A DNA stretch of 64,000 bases. It comes from an uncultured Armatimonadetes bacterium. GTDB lineage: Bacteria; Armatimonadota; UBA5829; DTJY01. Positions 1 through 10,230 of this stretch are shown here, piece by piece. Location: the NCBI GenBank assembly GCA_963717145.1, contig OY970325.1:2656001-2720000 (forward strand), read 5' to 3'. How positions within the stretch are numbered: position 1 is the first letter of the stretch; each line of letters starts with the position of its first letter. The notes beneath the pieces were generated by a model. The model did no database searches, had not been told where the DNA came from, and worked only from the letters and a program-made list of their open reading frames with translations. The translations under genes were made by a program, and so were the position numbers.

Positions 1-430
1 GGTCGAATTGCAGCAGGTCGACCGCGGTCCGACATGTGGCGTCGAGGAAACACCAGAGCGAGTCGAAAGAAGACACGTGCCCGAGCGACGGCGCGCTGCC
101 GAAGACTTCTTCGTCGCTTTCGACCCTAGGCTCCCAGACCTTCTCCACATGTGGCTCCGACTCGAGGCCTCTGAGGAACTCCGACAGGTCGTCTCGTAGC
201 CCGTCGAGCGACTCGGGGGCTACTTTGAATCGCAGCCACAGGGAATCGCCGTACTCATCGCCCTCGACCCAGTGGCGCACGAAGTAGAAGAACTTGGATC
301 GCCCGGCGAATCGCTCTCTGATTGCAGAGATGTGACGGACGATGAAGACGTTCTCCAGATCCGTGCGTTTCTGATGCTCATGAACCGTGACGATGAACAG
401 CAGGATGTCCCTCGCGGACGAGTCTGCCAT
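1..430 (-). CDS. Hypothetical protein, 3' end outside the window; resembles lantibiotic dehydratase C-terminal / thiopeptide-biosynthesis domain
   Basis: Hand translation from ATG 430 with GGAGG RBS is open to the window edge: MADSSARDILLFIV...KFFYFVRHWVEGDEYGDSLWLRF...WEPRVE...FLDATCRTAVDLL. Not in the ORF track because it has no stop codon. Confidence 0.55.
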   Translation of the reverse strand, partial: MADSSARDILLFIVTVHEHQKRTDLENVFIVRHISAIRERFAGRSKFFYFVRHWVEGDEYGDSLWLRFKVAPESLDGLRDDLSEFLRGLESEPHVEKVWEPRVESDEEVFGSAPSLGHVSSFDSLWCFLDATCRTAVDLLQFD

Positions 431-694
431 GAAGAATCCTCCAATCGTGGCAGGGTACTACATATCAGTTCGCCGCAGACAAGCTATCTCCTTCGGACCG
501 TGTGCCCGGCTCGCCAAAAGTTCCGTGGCATCGAGGCAGGAAACCGATGGCTCAACGTCGTAACTCCCAGTGTTAGCACAGCAGCCCGATCATCGGCTGA
601 CAACAAGGCCACCACTTCCGGTTTCCGCCTGCACCTGTCGCAGACGGCTATTGACACACGCGGCCCAGCGCCGCGCAAAGGAGGATGGTGGTTC

Positions 695-2328
695 ATGAAG
701 ACAGCCGCCCGCATCGCTCTCTGTGTCCTGGTGGCAATGATCGCCGCCGGACCCGCATTCGCAATCCGCATCTACCTCAACCCCAGCGATCAGGTAAACA
801 ATGTAAGTCCCGATGGCACTTACAACGAGTCGTACTCGTGCCGAGACGTCGCATGGAGGCTCACGTACAAGCTCCAGGACAGGGGATTCGAAGTCTGGAA
901 CTCCGACGGAGCGTCCATGTCCGCCTCGTGCAACCAGGCGAACTCCTGGCCCGCCGACCGGTTCGTCTCGATCCATACGAACGCCGGAGCCGGTGGTTGG
1001 GATCCGGGCACGGTTCGATGTCGCTGTACTATCAGTCGTCAGGCGGCTGGGTCGACGTCGACGGCCGTGACCTTGCCTACAAGTGCACCGCCAAGTGCGT
1101 CGAGAAGTTTGGCGCATACGGCCGGGGGTACAACCGCGGCACGTTCGCCGACTATCCGTTCTACGGTTACAACCTCTATGTGCTCAACAACACGACGATG
1201 TCCGGATGCCTCGTCGAGGGCCTCTTCCACGACAACTGGGACGACGTGCAACTCCTGAAGACCGACGCGGGCAAGGAGGCATACGCCTCGGCGCTCTACG
1301 AGGCCATCTGCGATCACTATGGCTGGAGCTATTCGAACCCGCAGCCACCCACCTTTGCATCAGCGTGTACCGCCGGCCACAATCAGGATGGCAGGCAGGA
1401 GATCTTCGCCCGTGGCTGGGACAACCAGATATACCACAACTTCCAGAACGGCGATGGCTCGTGGGCCGGCTGGTACTCCCTTGGCGGCGATGTCCGCGAC
1501 ACACCCGTGGTCGCGATGAACAGCGACGGACGCATGGAAGTCTTTGCCCGCAACTGGGATGACACCGTCGCTCATTGCTGGCAAAACTCCCCCAACGGCG
1601 GCTGGTCTCAGGTCTATAGCATGGGCGGCGCGATTACCGGCAAACCGGTCATCGGCACTCTACCCGATGGACGACTCGAGGTGTTCGCGCGCGGGACGGA
1701 CGGCGCTGTGTGGCACAAGTGGCAGACCGGCGGCGGCAACTGGTCCGGCTGGTCGTCCCTCGGCGGCTGGGTCACAGACATCCCCGCGGTCGGGCGCAAT
1801 GGTGACGGCCGAATGGAGGTCTTCGCCCGCGGTTCTGACGGAGCGATCTACCAGAACTACCAACTCTGGCCCTACGGCGATTGGTCGGGCTGGTATAGCA
1901 TGGGCGGAGGAGTCGATTGGGAGCCGGCCGTCGGCAATAACGCCGATGGTCGACTGCAGATGTACGCCGTCGGCACTGACGGAGCGATCTGGAGCAGATG
2001 GCAGACCCTCCCGAATCTGGACTGGTCCGGTTGGAGCAGCATGGCAGGATGGGCCGCGCGGCCGCCGGTGATCGGCATCAATTCCGATGGACGGCAGGAG
2101 CTTTTCATACTCGTCCCCAACGGCGAGATCTGGCAGTGCTGGCAGACCACACCGAACGGAGGATGGTCCGGCTGGGCAAACATGGGCGGCGCCCTTACCG
2201 ACCCGCCGGCTGTCGGCACGATACCTGGCGGGCGCATCCAGTTGTATGCCCGCGGGACCGATGGCGCTATCTACAGCAAGTGGCAGCAAGCGGACTATAG
2301 CTGGTCTGACTGGTCAGTCATGTGGTAA
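695..2328 (+). CDS. Secreted N-acetylmuramoyl-L-alanine amidase (Amidase_3-like) with C-terminal PLL-like lectin beta-propeller; frameshift near 1000
   Basis: AGGAGG RBS, signal peptide MKTAARIAL...AFA, motifs YLNPSDQ/YNE/SIHTNA (frame of ORF 272) then LVEG (frame of ORF 685). Repeats GRLEVFARGTDG..WH.WQ...WSGW.SLGG. Confidence 0.8.
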
Positions 2329-2364
2329 TCGCAGTTCAATACGCTCCGAAAGGAAGAAGCAACG

Positions 2365-4524
2365 ATGACTAAGAACAACAAGAAGCTGCTGATGGGCCTG
2401 CTGGTCATCTCAGTACTCCTTGCATCAATGACCGCGGTGTTCGGCTTCGAAGGGCGCACACTCGCCAAGTACAACAGCGACCTCGATGCCAAGCTGGCAT
2501 CCGACGCAAAGCCTTGGGACAAGCCCTTGATGCCGGCATTCATGGCCGCATCGAAGGAATATCGCGTTCCCCTGCCCCTGCTTCTCACGCTCGCATACTT
2601 CGGCAGCGCGTTCGAGAACCGAGGTGGAGCGCCCACAATCGAGGGGGGATATGGCGTCATGGCACTCCGGGACAACGTCCTCGGCGGGGAGTCACTCGCG
2701 CTCGGATCGTCTCTCACGGCAGCAGGCACGGAAACGCTAAGGTGCGATCCTGAGGCCAATATCCGGGCGGCCGCTGCCGTCATCGCAGACTATGGCGGAA
2801 CCCTCAGGCAGCGACGCTCGCAGGGACTCGACGGATGGCTGAGTGCGGTCGTCAAGTACGCCGCTCTCGACCCAGAGTGCAGCAGGTTCTTCGCCATGGA
2901 GGTCTATCAGAAGCTCCAGGCGGGACTCGATTGCACGAACAGTGCCGGCGAGCGGTTCTGCTTCGGTCCGCAGAGCATCGGCAAGGTCGATCTCGATTCG
3001 CTGAAGCCGAAGGGCACGAAGGAGATCACCATCCAATCGACCGACTACGGCCCCGCGATCTGGGATCCGGCTGCGAGTTGCAACTACACCGCGACGGTGA
3101 CATCGAAGGACACGATCGCGATCCATACCATCGAGGGATCCGCGGCCGGAGCGGTGTCCTGGTTCAAGAACTGCGCCGCACAGGTGTCATCCCATTACGT
3201 CATCGGCGAAAATGGGACGGTCTGGCAGTGTGTCCGGGAGCAGTACAGAGCATGGCATGTCGGATGCTACAACAGCCGATCGATCGGCTTCGAGCACGAG
3301 GGATATGCCGGCTCTCCGTCACACCCGACGACCTTGTACAACGCATCGGCCGGAATCGCCAGGGAGATATGCAACGAGCGAGGCATTCCGAAGGCGCACA
3401 CGGGCGCGGGGCCCGGGATCATGGGCCACAATGACATCAACGTGATCTGCGGTGGCGATCACTGGGATCCGGGCGGCGGCTGGGACTGGAACTACTACAT
3501 CTCCCAGGTCAACGGCGGGCAGTTCGCCGCTCTCTCAGTCGGTCGGAATGCCGATGGACGGCTCGAGGTCTTCGCACGGGGGACCAACAGCACGATCTAC
3601 CATAACTACCAGGACTCCGGCTCTCCCGGAGGATGGTCCGGCTGGTGGAGCATGGGCGGCAGTGGAACCGATGCTCCGCAGGTCGGCACGAATACCGACG
3701 GCCGCATGGAAGTGTTCGTCAAAGGCACCGACAACCAGGTATGGCGCAACTGGCAGTTGACCCCGAGTGGCGGCTGGTCCGGATGGTATGCCATGGGCGG
3801 CTTGAACGGCTGGATCGCTGAATCGCCGGTCGTGGGTCGGAACGCCGACGGACGCCTGGAGCTATTCGGACGCGGCGGATACGGAATGATGTGCCATAAC
3901 TGGCGGAATGCGAACGGCACCTGGTCGGGATGGTACGACATGGGCTACTACGCTGCGTTTCGTCCTGCGGTCATCATGAACACCACCAACTGCCAGGAGC
4001 TGTTCGTCCGCACGACCGAGGCCTCGAACTCGATCTACCATGCCTGGCAACTCGCGCCCAACGCCGGTTGGTCTGGATGGTACAGTCTTGGCGGCGGGTT
4101 GCTCGAGGGTGTCGCCGTCATCCGAAACGTCACCGGCATCGTCGAGATATTCGCTCGAGGCGGCGGCGGAACGATCTACCACAACTGGCAGTACGCCGGC
4201 GGCCCGGGCGGATGGGCCGGCTGGTACAGCATGGGCGGGGTCGGGGCATCGATGCCGAGCGTGGGCATGAATGCCGACGGACGCGCGGAGGCCTTTGTTC
4301 GTGGCACGAACAACCAGGTCTACCATGCATGGCAGAACAATCCGGGCGGATCGGCCGGTTGGTCGGGCTGGTACAGTCTCGGTGGATCAGGAGCGGAGTC
4401 GCCGATTGTCGGCACGAACACCGACGGTCGCATGGAGCTGTTCCTTCGCGGCACGGACGGGCTGATCTACCACTCCTGGCAGTCGGCCCCGAACGGCGGC
4501 TGGTCGGCCTGGTTCCCGCTGTAG
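2365..4524 (+). CDS. Secreted amidase (Amidase_2/AmpD-like) with N-terminal lytic-transglycosylase-like domain and C-terminal PLL-like lectin propeller
   Basis: Signal peptide; GGYGVMAL...DPEANIRAAA; IHTIEG, SSHYVI, AWHVG, SIGFEHEG, GHN, DHWDPG; about seven NADGRLEVFARG...WSGWYSLGG repeats. Confidence 0.85.
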   Translation: MTKNNKKLLMGLLVISVLLASMTAVFGFEGRTLAKYNSDLDAKLASDAKPWDKPLMPAFMAASKEYRVPLPLLLTLAYFGSAFENRGGAPTIEGGYGVMALRDNVLGGESLALGSSLTAAGTETLRCDPEANIRAAAAVIADYGGTLRQRRSQGLDGWLSAVVKYAALDPECSRFFAMEVYQKLQAGLDCTNSAGERFCFGPQSIGKVDLDSLKPKGTKEITIQSTDYGPAIWDPAASCNYTATVTSKDTIAIHTIEGSAAGAVSWFKNCAAQVSSHYVIGENGTVWQCVREQYRAWHVGCYNSRSIGFEHEGYAGSPSHPTTLYNASAGIAREICNERGIPKAHTGAGPGIMGHNDINVICGGDHWDPGGGWDWNYYISQVNGGQFAALSVGRNADGRLEVFARGTNSTIYHNYQDSGSPGGWSGWWSMGGSGTDAPQVGTNTDGRMEVFVKGTDNQVWRNWQLTPSGGWSGWYAMGGLNGWIAESPVVGRNADGRLELFGRGGYGMMCHNWRNANGTWSGWYDMGYYAAFRPAVIMNTTNCQELFVRTTEASNSIYHAWQLAPNAGWSGWYSLGGGLLEGVAVIRNVTGIVEIFARGGGGTIYHNWQYAGGPGGWAGWYSMGGVGASMPSVGMNADGRAEAFVRGTNNQVYHAWQNNPGGSAGWSGWYSLGGSGAESPIVGTNTDGRMELFLRGTDGLIYHSWQSAPNGGWSAWFPL

Positions 4525-4555
4525 TCTGCATTGAATCGATAAGGCCCATACCACA

Positions 4556-4593
4556 GAATGTGGCACAGTCACCCCTCGGACTGTGCCACATTC
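4556..4593. terminator. Hairpin between convergent genes
   Basis: GAATGTGGCACAGTC ... GACTGTGCCACATTC, 15-bp inverted repeat. Confidence 0.65.
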
Positions 4594-4605
4594 GTTGGTC
4601 TGATC

Positions 4606-5466
4606 CTATTCCAACGCCCGTTTTCCGAGCTTGAGGATGTCGTCGACCTGCGCCTTCGATTCGAAGCCGATCACGATCGCATCGACGCAGTCGAGGCCGA
4701 GGACGAAGCGGAGTGACTCCTCGCGCTGGTCGGCGATCCTCCCCTCACCAAGGATTTTCATCCCGGTGACCGCCTTCCCCGCCGCGTGGAGCTTCTTCAG
4801 GACTGGGAGGACCTCCTCCGGCCTGGCATCCATCGCCGTCCCAATGGGGTTGATTCGGCAAAGCGTCGTGTCTACCCACGGGTCCTCGGCCGCCTGCTTC
4901 ATGGTGTCGAGGTCGTGGATCGAGATGCCATGCGCCCGGATCAGCTTCTTTTGCTTGGCTTCCTCCAGAAAGTCCATCACCCCGCGGAGGTCGCTCTGCC
5001 AGGTCTTGCCCGTGACGCAGTGGATCAGGAGGATGTCGATGTAATCGGTGTTCAACTCGCGGCGGAAGCGGTCGAGGCACTCACTGATATCCTGGCCATC
5101 GCGATACCAGAACTTCGACTCGAGGACATACTGATCGCGGGGAATGCCCTTGAGCGATGAGCGCAGATAGGGATGAGTGCCGTAGATGTCGGCGCAGTCG
5201 AAGTAGTTGATGCCGTGATCGAATGCATGGCGGATCATCCGGGCAAACTCGACGGTGCCGAGCTTCGTCTGATTCGACTGCTTCTTCCAGCCCTTGGTGC
5301 CGGTCCCGAACCCGAGGTACGACACCTTGATGCCGGTCTTCCCAAGCTCGACCCGATCCGCGAGCGACTTGATTCGTGGTCCGGCGAGCAGATCGCCTGC
5401 TGACAGGGCTGCGCCTGCTGCGATCGATCCTGCGATGAACTGCCTTCTTGTGAGTTTAGGGGACAT
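4606..5466 (-). CDS. Aldo/keto reductase with Tat signal peptide
   Basis: MSPKLTRRQFI twin-arginine motif; LGKTGIKVSYLGFGT, GINYFDCADIYG, DYIDILLIH. Confidence 0.9.
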   Translation of the reverse strand: MSPKLTRRQFIAGSIAAGAALSAGDLLAGPRIKSLADRVELGKTGIKVSYLGFGTGTKGWKKQSNQTKLGTVEFARMIRHAFDHGINYFDCADIYGTHPYLRSSLKGIPRDQYVLESKFWYRDGQDISECLDRFRRELNTDYIDILLIHCVTGKTWQSDLRGVMDFLEEAKQKKLIRAHGISIHDLDTMKQAAEDPWVDTTLCRINPIGTAMDARPEEVLPVLKKLHAAGKAVTGMKILGEGRIADQREESLRFVLGLDCVDAIVIGFESKAQVDDILKLGKRALE

Positions 5467-5512
5467 TGTTGCTCCCGCGTCCGTCCCATGGGACTCATGG
5501 GACACATTGGAC

Positions 5513-7009
5513 CTATGGACTCTTGAACCTGATTATACTGACGACGGCGTTCGAGCCGGGTTTCAGGTTCTTCATCACGACCGGGATGCGGCCGTCAGCG
5601 GTGTCGGAGGCCGAAACCGGGACCTCGATCCACTTGCCCGCCTGGAAGCTCTCATACTCGCCGATCAGCCGCCCCTCGACCGAGACCGACTGCCGGCGTC
5701 CACCGGTGAAGTTATCGCCGTCGAGGATGAACAGCCTGAGCGTCCCCGATGCCCCCTTGGGACAGGTAATATCGAACTCGAGCGATGTACCGTCAGCCCA
5801 GCAATGCTTGATCTCGGAGGTCCAGGGGCTGCCTTCGAAGCCGTAGCCATTCTTGAAGGCGAAGTCCCAGCCGTCCGCCAGGTACTGGTCCTCGCCACCC
5901 ATCTTACCGCACATCAGGACGAGCGTCTCGCCGGGTTCATGCGCGCCCTCGACAGGCGTGAGCTTCGAGGGCCGACGTGATTTCGGCATCGGCGCGAATG
6001 CCTCATGCGGCTCTTTCTGATACCAGTAGGCCACGCTCGAGAACTCGAGCGGGTTCTCCGGCTTGGAGAAGGTCTCCAGGAAGAATGTCTCGGCGGCCCC
6101 GAAAGCAACGCTCACCCGAAGCGACTTCTTGAACGCGATCCGATCGTTCAGGGTGAACCGGTATGCCGCTATACCGTTGTAGTAGGGCTGGAATCCCGTG
6201 TACATGAAGCTGTTCGGCTGCTCCGGGAACCCCCAACTGAAGCCGAACGAGTCCTCGATGCCCTGCCACGAGATCGAGGGATCCTTCTCGCCGTCAATGC
6301 GGAAATCGACGTTCTGGTCGACGGGCAGCCAGGTCGAAGCATTGAGAGTCCGAAACGTGCAGTTCCAGCCGATGAACTGCCCCCTGCCCTCCATCTCGGC
6401 GACCTTGTAGGGCTCGCTGGCGAGCAGGACCGACTTCTGACGCCACTGCGCGTGGAAGTAGCCCGCGTCGTCCGGGAGCGCCTTCACGGTGCGGTAAATG
6501 ACGTAACTGTAGCATGGATTCGCGCTCCACGACCCGTTCGGATACCGCTGATTGTCCATCTCCAATTCGACCTTGGCCGACTTGGCGAACGGCATCGGGA
6601 AGTAGCAGTTCCATCCGCGCTTCTTGTTCGTGAGGGCGGTCTCCACTCGCTCCAGAGTGCCGTTCGGGTCGCAGAAGAAGTCGACCAGCGGCGACTCGAC
6701 GCTCGCGGACTTCTCGCCGTCCCAGTAGATGCGCAGGATGGTATCGCGGTTCAGGCGCATGGCCTGTGGGAGGGCGAAATGGATCATGGTGATGATCCCC
6801 GGGCCCTTGAGATCGGCGATCGTGACCTTCGTCTTGCCCTCTCCGAACTGCATCTCCGGGGGATTCTCACCCCAGAGCGCGTTGACCTGCTTCGTCTCGC
6901 CGTCCTGGATGCGATAGAGGGAGTCAAGCTGCGGCACGAGGTCGGGAGCCTGCCCGCAGACGGGGATCATTGACAACACGAGCAGAGTGATACACAGTAC
7001 GGTTCTCAT
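5513..7009 (-). CDS. Secreted DUF2961 / GH172-like glycoside hydrolase with C-terminal beta-sandwich
   Basis: Signal peptide; GPGIITMIH, LRIYWDGE..SVESPLVDFF, NCYFPMPF, GIEDSFGFSWG, SSVAYWYQ; GGAGGTGAGG RBS. Confidence 0.8.
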   Translation of the reverse strand: MRTVLCITLLVLSMIPVCGQAPDLVPQLDSLYRIQDGETKQVNALWGENPPEMQFGEGKTKVTIADLKGPGIITMIHFALPQAMRLNRDTILRIYWDGEKSASVESPLVDFFCDPNGTLERVETALTNKKRGWNCYFPMPFAKSAKVELEMDNQRYPNGSWSANPCYSYVIYRTVKALPDDAGYFHAQWRQKSVLLASEPYKVAEMEGRGQFIGWNCTFRTLNASTWLPVDQNVDFRIDGEKDPSISWQGIEDSFGFSWGFPEQPNSFMYTGFQPYYNGIAAYRFTLNDRIAFKKSLRVSVAFGAAETFFLETFSKPENPLEFSSVAYWYQKEPHEAFAPMPKSRRPSKLTPVEGAHEPGETLVLMCGKMGGEDQYLADGWDFAFKNGYGFEGSPWTSEIKHCWADGTSLEFDITCPKGASGTLRLFILDGDNFTGGRRQSVSVEGRLIGEYESFQAGKWIEVPVSASDTADGRIPVVMKNLKPGSNAVVSIIRFKSP

Positions 7010-7049
7010 CCTGAACACCTCACCTCCGGTCATTCTGACTTTCTCTCGT

Positions 7050-7454
7050 TTACGGTCGATTGATGAAGAACGCGGACGCCTGAAGGGCCGTGATCACCAT
7101 AGCCAGGATCACGACTGTCACCGCGTTGCCGGTTTGCATCGTGCGCTTGCCCTCTGCATTCTTCGGCGAGAAGAGGGATACCAACAGGAGCACGAGTTCG
7201 AATCCGGGGAACAACGCGAAGACGACCCATTTGGAAACCAGGTTGTAGGGCTGCACCGATCCGGTCCATCCAGAGGGAATCTGCGCGGGAAGCCTGGGGA
7301 AAACGATGAACGCCATCACGAGTTGTGCGATCAAGCCGAGCACGATCGCCCATATTGCGACCTGGTAGCCCGTGTGAGTGGAGACCGGCTCTTTCGGCGC
7401 GGGCCTTGCGCTCGTCGTCTCTGTTTTCGTCTGAGTTCTCTTCTTCTTTGCCAT
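7050..7454 (-). CDS. Small three-helix membrane protein (DUF1648-like)
   Basis: Three hydrophobic segments; FPRLPAQIPSGW resembles the LPxxIPxHW motif. Confidence 0.6.
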   Translation of the reverse strand: MAKKKRTQTKTETTSARPAPKEPVSTHTGYQVAIWAIVLGLIAQLVMAFIVFPRLPAQIPSGWTGSVQPYNLVSKWVVFALFPGFELVLLLVSLFSPKNAEGKRTMQTGNAVTVVILAMVITALQASAFFINRP

Positions 7455-7545
7455 GTCACGCTCCATCTAGACCGCGGACGGCGGTCTCCGGTTGACTGCC
7501 TGCCGTGTTTTCCCTTACCATAGGCTTGGCCGTCCGTTCTGGGTG

Positions 7546-7576
7546 ATTATATCACACCCGTCGGTCCGGCGCGCAA
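7546..7576 (-). promoter_or_regulatory. Putative sigma70 promoter (extended -10) for the 7454 gene
   Basis: Minus strand TTGCGC-N19-TATAAT with TGn extension; overlaps the palindrome GTGATtatATCAC. The 19-bp spacer is long. Confidence 0.5.
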
Positions 7577-7581
7577 CTAAC

Positions 7582-8943
7582 CGAATTGCTTCACGAACGA
7601 TGTTACCGAAACGGAAACGTTGCCTCAGATAAGAATGTTACCGAAACTGAGGCATGGAGAAGATGACAACTGCATCCGTAAGAGAAGTCGTGAGGCGCAA
7701 ACGCAAAGAATATGGCAAAGCCACCAAATCGGAGAAGAAGCTGGTATTGAGTGAAGTCCAGGGATTGACCGGTTACCACAGGAAGTCGCTGGTGAGGCTG
7801 TTCGCGAAAGGAGTTCCACCAGCGAGGAGTCCAGTGAGACGCGCAAGGAAGTCGAAATACGAGCCGATAGCCCACAAGCTGAAGACACTCTGGGCTGCGA
7901 GTTTCTACGCGTGCGGTAAGCGTCTGCAGCCGTTTCTGACTGAGTTTCTACCCATACTGGAGTCATTCGGGGAGATAACGGTTACACCAGAAGAAGAGAG
8001 GCTGCTTAACTCGATCAGCGCGTCGAGCATCGACAGGTTGATGAAGAAGGAGCGGTCTGCCCTATCGCTAACAGGGAGGACCTTAACAAAGCCGGGGACA
8101 CTGCTTCGGTCTCAGATCCCGGTGAGGACGTTTGCCGACTGGGATGAAGCTGAGCCTGGGTTCTTCGAGATGGACTTGGTGGGTCATTGCGGAGGTGACG
8201 GGAGCGGAGAGTTCCTGTATACTTTGACTATGACTGATGTAGCGACCGGATGGGTAGCGCTTGATGGAATGAAAGGCCGAGGGGAGCACGGAACCGTGCT
8301 TGCGGTGCAGTCCGCGTCCAAGAGCGCACCGTTTGCAGTCAGAGGCATAGATACCGACAACGGCGGCGAGTTCATCAACCATCACATGAACAAGTACTGT
8401 CGAGCGCACAGGATCACGTTTACGCGCAGTCGGCCTTACAAGAAGAACGATCAATGTCATGTAGAGCAGAAGAACTGGAGCGTAGTCCGGCAGTTTATAG
8501 GTTACCGGCGATTCGAGACGGACGAGCAGCTTGCGGTACTAAAGGCGATATATCCGCTGATCGTGGCGTATCACAACTTCTGTCAGCCCATGATGCGTCT
8601 TAAAGAAAAGGAGCGGATTGGGAGTAAAGTGATCAAACGCTATGAGCCTGCGATGACGCCGTACCGCAAGCTGATAAGTGTTGAAGGATGGCTTGACGAT
8701 GAAGCAAAGGATCGCCTCGATAAAGAACGTAGAGCGACGAACCCGGTGGAGCTACTAAGACGCATCCACAGGCTATCATCAAAGCTTGACAGGATGCCGA
8801 ATAAAGACAGATCGAAAGCGAGCAAGGCGCGGCCCTGAGCGGCGATCAAGAGCCGATCTGACATACTTGAACACACTACTTGGTAACATTATCAATGACG
8901 CAACGAATGGCGTTTCGGTAACAAAGTTAAATGAGGCAACACG
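7582..8943 (+). mobile_element. Insertion sequence, copy 1 (1362 bp, single DDE/rve transposase; ISNCY/ISLbi1-like)
   Basis: Boundaries set by identity with 18755-20116. 5-bp TSD CTAAC (7577-7581, 8944-8948). Imperfect TIRs CGAATTGCTTCA.../...TGAGGCAACACG with repeated TTGCNTCA-N-TGTTACC sites at each end. Confidence 0.92.
7654..8838 (+). CDS. DDE (rve integrase core) transposase
   Basis: PGFFEMDLVGH, IDTDNGGEF, FTRSRPYKKNDQCHVEQKN. Confidence 0.93.
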   Translation: MEKMTTASVREVVRRKRKEYGKATKSEKKLVLSEVQGLTGYHRKSLVRLFAKGVPPARSPVRRARKSKYEPIAHKLKTLWAASFYACGKRLQPFLTEFLPILESFGEITVTPEEERLLNSISASSIDRLMKKERSALSLTGRTLTKPGTLLRSQIPVRTFADWDEAEPGFFEMDLVGHCGGDGSGEFLYTLTMTDVATGWVALDGMKGRGEHGTVLAVQSASKSAPFAVRGIDTDNGGEFINHHMNKYCRAHRITFTRSRPYKKNDQCHVEQKNWSVVRQFIGYRRFETDEQLAVLKAIYPLIVAYHNFCQPMMRLKEKERIGSKVIKRYEPAMTPYRKLISVEGWLDDEAKDRLDKERRATNPVELLRRIHRLSSKLDRMPNKDRSKASKARP

Positions 8944-8955
8944 CTAACCAGCGGA

Positions 8956-9732
8956 ATGGAAGTGAAAGTGTACCAACTGGCAGCATTTGACCTCGACGGA
9001 ACTCTGTTGAGGAGCGATAGCACAATCTCTGATCGAACTCTGAGCGCCCTGGAGGCCTGTCGTGCCGCCGGGATGAAGCTCATCGTCGCAACCGGGCGCT
9101 CACCAAAGACCGCGTCCATGGTGCTCCCGGAGACCTTCTCCCCGACCGGACTCGTCTGCTACAACGGCGCGCAGATATGGAACGGCGGCGGATGCCTGGC
9201 CCAGAACGCCCTCGAGCCCGACCTCGCGAAGAAGATCATCCGGGCGATACGTCGCGTGTCGCCTCAGGCGAAGCTCTACGCGGGAATAGATGACGTGTTG
9301 TACTGCGAGCATCCGAAGGACCCGGAGATCTTCCGACAGGTCACCGATCTCCCCACGCTGATCGACACGCCGGTCGCGAAGGTGGTGCTGGATGAGATGC
9401 CTACGCTCGATGCCGACCTGATCAGGGGGTGTCTTCCGGCCGGATGCCGGTTCATCATCACCTGCGGCGGGCGGCTCGGCGAGATCATGACTCCAACGGC
9501 GACGAAGGCCTGGGGACTGAGAACGCTCGCCGAGCGCTGGGGCATCGACATGAGCGAGGTGATCGCCTTCGGAGATGAGACGAACGACGCCGAGATGATC
9601 GCCGAGAGCGGGTTCGGGGTCGCGATGGCGAATGCGCATTCCGAGATCCTCGGAATCGCGGATCACGTCACCGCGTCGAACGACGAGGATGGCGTGGCTG
9701 TGATGCTGGAGGGACTACTGGCGGAGGCATGA
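8956..9732 (+). CDS. Cof-type HAD-IIB hydrolase
   Basis: FDLDGTLL, ATGR, YNGA, TKAWGL, AFGDETND, AMANA, NDEDGV. True start may be GTG at 8968. Confidence 0.92.
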   Translation: MEVKVYQLAAFDLDGTLLRSDSTISDRTLSALEACRAAGMKLIVATGRSPKTASMVLPETFSPTGLVCYNGAQIWNGGGCLAQNALEPDLAKKIIRAIRRVSPQAKLYAGIDDVLYCEHPKDPEIFRQVTDLPTLIDTPVAKVVLDEMPTLDADLIRGCLPAGCRFIITCGGRLGEIMTPTATKAWGLRTLAERWGIDMSEVIAFGDETNDAEMIAESGFGVAMANAHSEILGIADHVTASNDEDGVAVMLEGLLAEA

Positions 9733-9733
9733 C

Positions 9734-10198
9734 TTGAGCATACTCCGATCTGCATCCAAGGTGCTGCTTTGGACTGTGATCGCTATCATGGCGCTCATCG
9801 CCCTTATGATCGGCTCGTACCTGCTCTTTGGCACCGATTGGGATCTCCACATCGGCCATGGTTACTATCTGGACAGGACCTCTTCGGAGAGGGTATGGAT
9901 GGTCGGTCCGCATCACGTGAGCATCTTGCCCAACATCGATGGCTACAAGATCTATGAGCGGATCATCGTCGGGCATGTCTCCGGACACCACAGAATCGGC
10001 AGTGGTCAGGATGCCTTCGAGAATACCCCCGGCTATTTCATCGTCGAGATAAGGACCGGCAAAGTGCATCAGGGACTGAGCGACAAAGCCTGGCTCGGGC
10101 TTCTGCGTGACTACGGAGTTACCAGACGGCCGGCGCTACACCGCCCGTCGAGGTACGACGGCTATATGAACAGGAACGTCCCGGAGAAGGAGCGCTGA
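9734..10198 (+). CDS. Membrane-anchored hypothetical protein
   Basis: N-terminal TM helix; packed directly behind the Cof gene. Confidence 0.65.
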   Translation: MSILRSASKVLLWTVIAIMALIALMIGSYLLFGTDWDLHIGHGYYLDRTSSERVWMVGPHHVSILPNIDGYKIYERIIVGHVSGHHRIGSGQDAFENTPGYFIVEIRTGKVHQGLSDKAWLGLLRDYGVTRRPALHRPSRYDGYMNRNVPEKER

Positions 10199-10230
10199 TG
10201 GCAGACTCCCTGATCCGCCTGAGGTGACAA

